64,000 nt of DNA, taken from Balanoglossus misakiensis. Its lineage: Eukaryota > Animalia > Hemichordata. Under the pieces are notes generated by a model, which did no database searches, was not told where the DNA came from, and saw only the letters and a program-made list of their open reading frames with translations. How positions within the stretch are numbered: position 1 is the stretch's first letter; every line of letters starts with the position of its first letter. The translations under genes and the position numbers were made by a program. Shown in pieces: positions 61,674 to 64,000 of this stretch. The stretch lies in assembly GCA_040954595.2 (NCBI GenBank), contig CM082585.2, positions 9,102,564-9,166,563 on the forward strand, read 5' to 3'.

Positions 61674-63915
61674 ATGGGGTCAGGATCAAATCTTATTTCA
61701 TCCGTAATCAAGTTGGCCGTATTGACTGTTTACACAGGCAGGATAGGTAAGCAATTTACGCGCTTCTTATGGCATCTTCGTCACCCTTTAAAGTCCATTC
61801 AACGATCAGCTTAGATCTTTTGGTACGTTATCTTGTGTATATACCTTTTACACGTCACACCTCTCTCTACAGTTGCTGATTGTCCGAAGCTCTCCGGTGA
61901 CATCATACCACCGGAGGTTTGTGATAAGTCGGACATCAAAGATGTTCGTTTTCCTACACCATCCTGTGCCTACTACGATGACAAGACGTTGAAGAATATA
62001 TCGTTCACGTCAACCTACGGCAGTGACGTAAACATAGCAAGTGGGGAAAACATAGAAATGCAATGTGAAGCAATGTCGACTAAAGTAAGGTGTTCACCAC
62101 TGTATTGATTTAGTATGAGTGTTTATGCATCCCAGGAATTGTCTCACTCAAAGGGACAGTCACTAAAAATGATTTTATGCTCATTGCGAGATCTAGCGAG
62201 ACTTGCTTAATTGCCATAGCGATAGGTTGCTAGCCAAGTACATGTAATACGCGACAGGCTTTGTATGAAAATCTCGCAGGGTCTCGTGGAGGTCGGAATC
62301 TGGTCTATTGTGACATTCTTGGTTTTTTTCATTCATCGTTTGCATCCATCCACTCGACACGTCTGTATGTCTTTTCTCGTACAGTCACCATTGTTGAACT
62401 TTTTTCTTCATTTCTGGATTATTGTCTCTTCATTGTATTTCAGCGATACCTGAACTTTGCTGTGTGGCTGTGTCGGAGGACATCCGACACACTGCTAGGC
62501 AAATGCCTCTGTCCAGAAACTGCCATCGAGTCCAAATATTCCATAACATCCAAGTCAGACCCTGACACGACACAACTCACTCTAAATTACACTCTGCAAA
62601 ATGTGAGCCACAGTGCCACCGATCGCTACTTTTGCCTGGTCCAAGTGGGACTCAGTGACACAGTTGTGGACGGATTTGGCGCCATAGATGTCAACGTCCG
62701 AGGTGAGTCTGCGCAAAATGAAGCGTTTGCATAAATTACTTGTACAACTCGCATGTGGACAGTATGTATGAGCTGATTACCACCTGATTTGCAACTTAAA
62801 GACTTGTTTAGGAGAGAAGTACCATGATACAAAAATATACCTCGGAAATATGGAAGAGGATAGAGTCTTGACTCTTCATTGAACCAACGCTGTCAATGAT
62901 ACAATTATACAACCATATGGGTTTGTCATGCTTTATTACAGATATCAGTAAACCAGAAATCATGAAGGGCCCCAGGAGTGTCAGTGTCCGTGCAGGGACT
63001 GAGTTGACACTGACATGTAAAGCAAGGGGCTTCCCTAAGGTGTCATACTTGTGGTTCAAAGATGGAGAACTCCTGGACGAGATAGAGAGCAGGTAAATTT
63101 CAAAAGGGCGGTTTCTCCACACGCCGTGAGTTGAACATTTCGTGAGATAAAAAAGCTGCCGATGATCGGTAAAGTATGTCTCTTTTTCTGAACTTGCAAG
63201 CTATTAAGGTAGTATATGCATCTCAAAAAAACAAAGTCAAGCTTTCTCTCATATTTTAGTCGAGGCAACTTTAGATTACTCTATATTTAAATTTGATAAT
63301 AAAAATAAGGGGTCGTCCGCACCCCAAAATTGCCAGAGAGAGCGAAATTGTCTCAATTTAGAAAATCAAAAATGGCCGCAAATCTCTGTATAGTATGTAG
63401 ACAATTTAATGTAGCGATTTTCATGAAAACAAAAAAAAGAAACTGCTATACATTTATTTTATTCTTATAATTTCAGCATCTTGCCATTATCATGGGATAC
63501 TTCCATAAGCAGCTACCATATCAACGTGACGTCATCAAGCGACGGAGGGGAGTACAAATGTGTTGCTTTCAACTCTGTCGGCAATGCCACATCAAAGGGT
63601 GCGTTGGTGGCAGCCGAAAGTAAGTATTAGGTAGAATGCACCTCGAAAATCAGTCTTTAACATTTTCTCAAATTTAGCTCAAGGGAACTTTACATTATGT
63701 GCCTTTAAAACTCTAGAATAAAAATAAGGGTTCGTCGTGCAAATATTAGAACAGCAGCAAAATTGTCTCAAATCGTATCAAATTTGAAATTCAAAATGGC
63801 GATCAATTGTTTAACCTTTCCTCGAAGGATTGAAACTGTCATTACAAAATCGCAATATTATTCTCTTCAGTTGATATGCCGACCTCCAAACCGACGATGA
63901 CTGGCCCAGATAAAG
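61674..63915 (+). CDS. Immunoglobulin-superfamily secreted/cell-surface protein, 5' partial: join(61674..61746,61873..62084,62444..62702,62942..63092,63477..63619,63871..63915,...)
   Basis: Phase-consistent GT-AG exons, the first signal-peptide-like. Ig domain 1: IEMQCEA..AVWL..LQNVSHSATDRYFC. I-set Ig domain 2: PEIMKGPRSVSVRAGTELTLTCKARGFPKVSYLWFKDG..SDGGEYKCVAFNSVG. A Pro/Thr stalk exon follows and the gene continues beyond the window. The start codon is less certain. Confidence 0.85.
62165..62309. mobile_element. Degenerate copy of the 42829-43038 MITE family in Ig-gene intron 2
   Basis: Shares GATTTT..ATTGCGAGATCT..CGAGACTTG.TTAATT and ATCTCGCAGGGTCTCGTGGAG.TCGGAA..GTCTATTG. Confidence 0.6.
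63204..63810 (+). mobile_element. Two related repeat fragments in adjacent Ig-gene introns (63204-63385 and 63627-63810), possibly a TTAA-targeting DNA transposon derivative
   Basis: Both begin TTA(A)GGTAG..ATGCA.CTC.AAAA and share AATAAAAA(A)TAAGGG.TCGTC, GC.AAATTGTCTCAA and AAAATGGC. The coding exon 63477-63619 lies between them. Confidence 0.5.
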
Positions 63916-64000
63916 GTAAATCTCCTTTAACCAACAACATTGGTAATAATTAGTGCATATCTGAAAGGCGTCAATTCAGTCATTTATAATTATTTTAATT

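Overview
Eukaryotic genomic DNA with spliceosomal introns, most likely from a marine invertebrate deuterostome (inferred from gene content and repeat types, not proven). Bases 1-24200 are a highly homogeneous 87-bp AT-rich satellite (~278 monomers) built from dyad symmetries. It contains a ~4-kb internal block duplication and ends in ~2.5 copies of a diverged 88-bp sister monomer; all the long KKPWVIAQENV ORFs are translations of this satellite. The gene-bearing remainder holds a 5'-truncated LINE with a 12-bp TSD, an intronless FAM43 (PID domain) gene (+), two tandem galactose-3-O-sulfotransferase genes (+) showing mosaic identity, and a 16-exon BMP1/tolloid-like metalloprotease (-). The protease has an atypical CUB-CUB-EGF-EGF-EGF-CUB-CUB tail and a GC-AG intron. 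Its intron 11 holds two unidentified intronless coiled-coil ORFs on the opposite strand, and its intron 1 holds a Helentron/HINE-like element carrying AGGTCA arrays. Several MITEs and the 5' part of an Ig-domain gene (+), which runs off the window end, complete the region. Exon boundaries were read by eye and checked for phase; no database searches were run.
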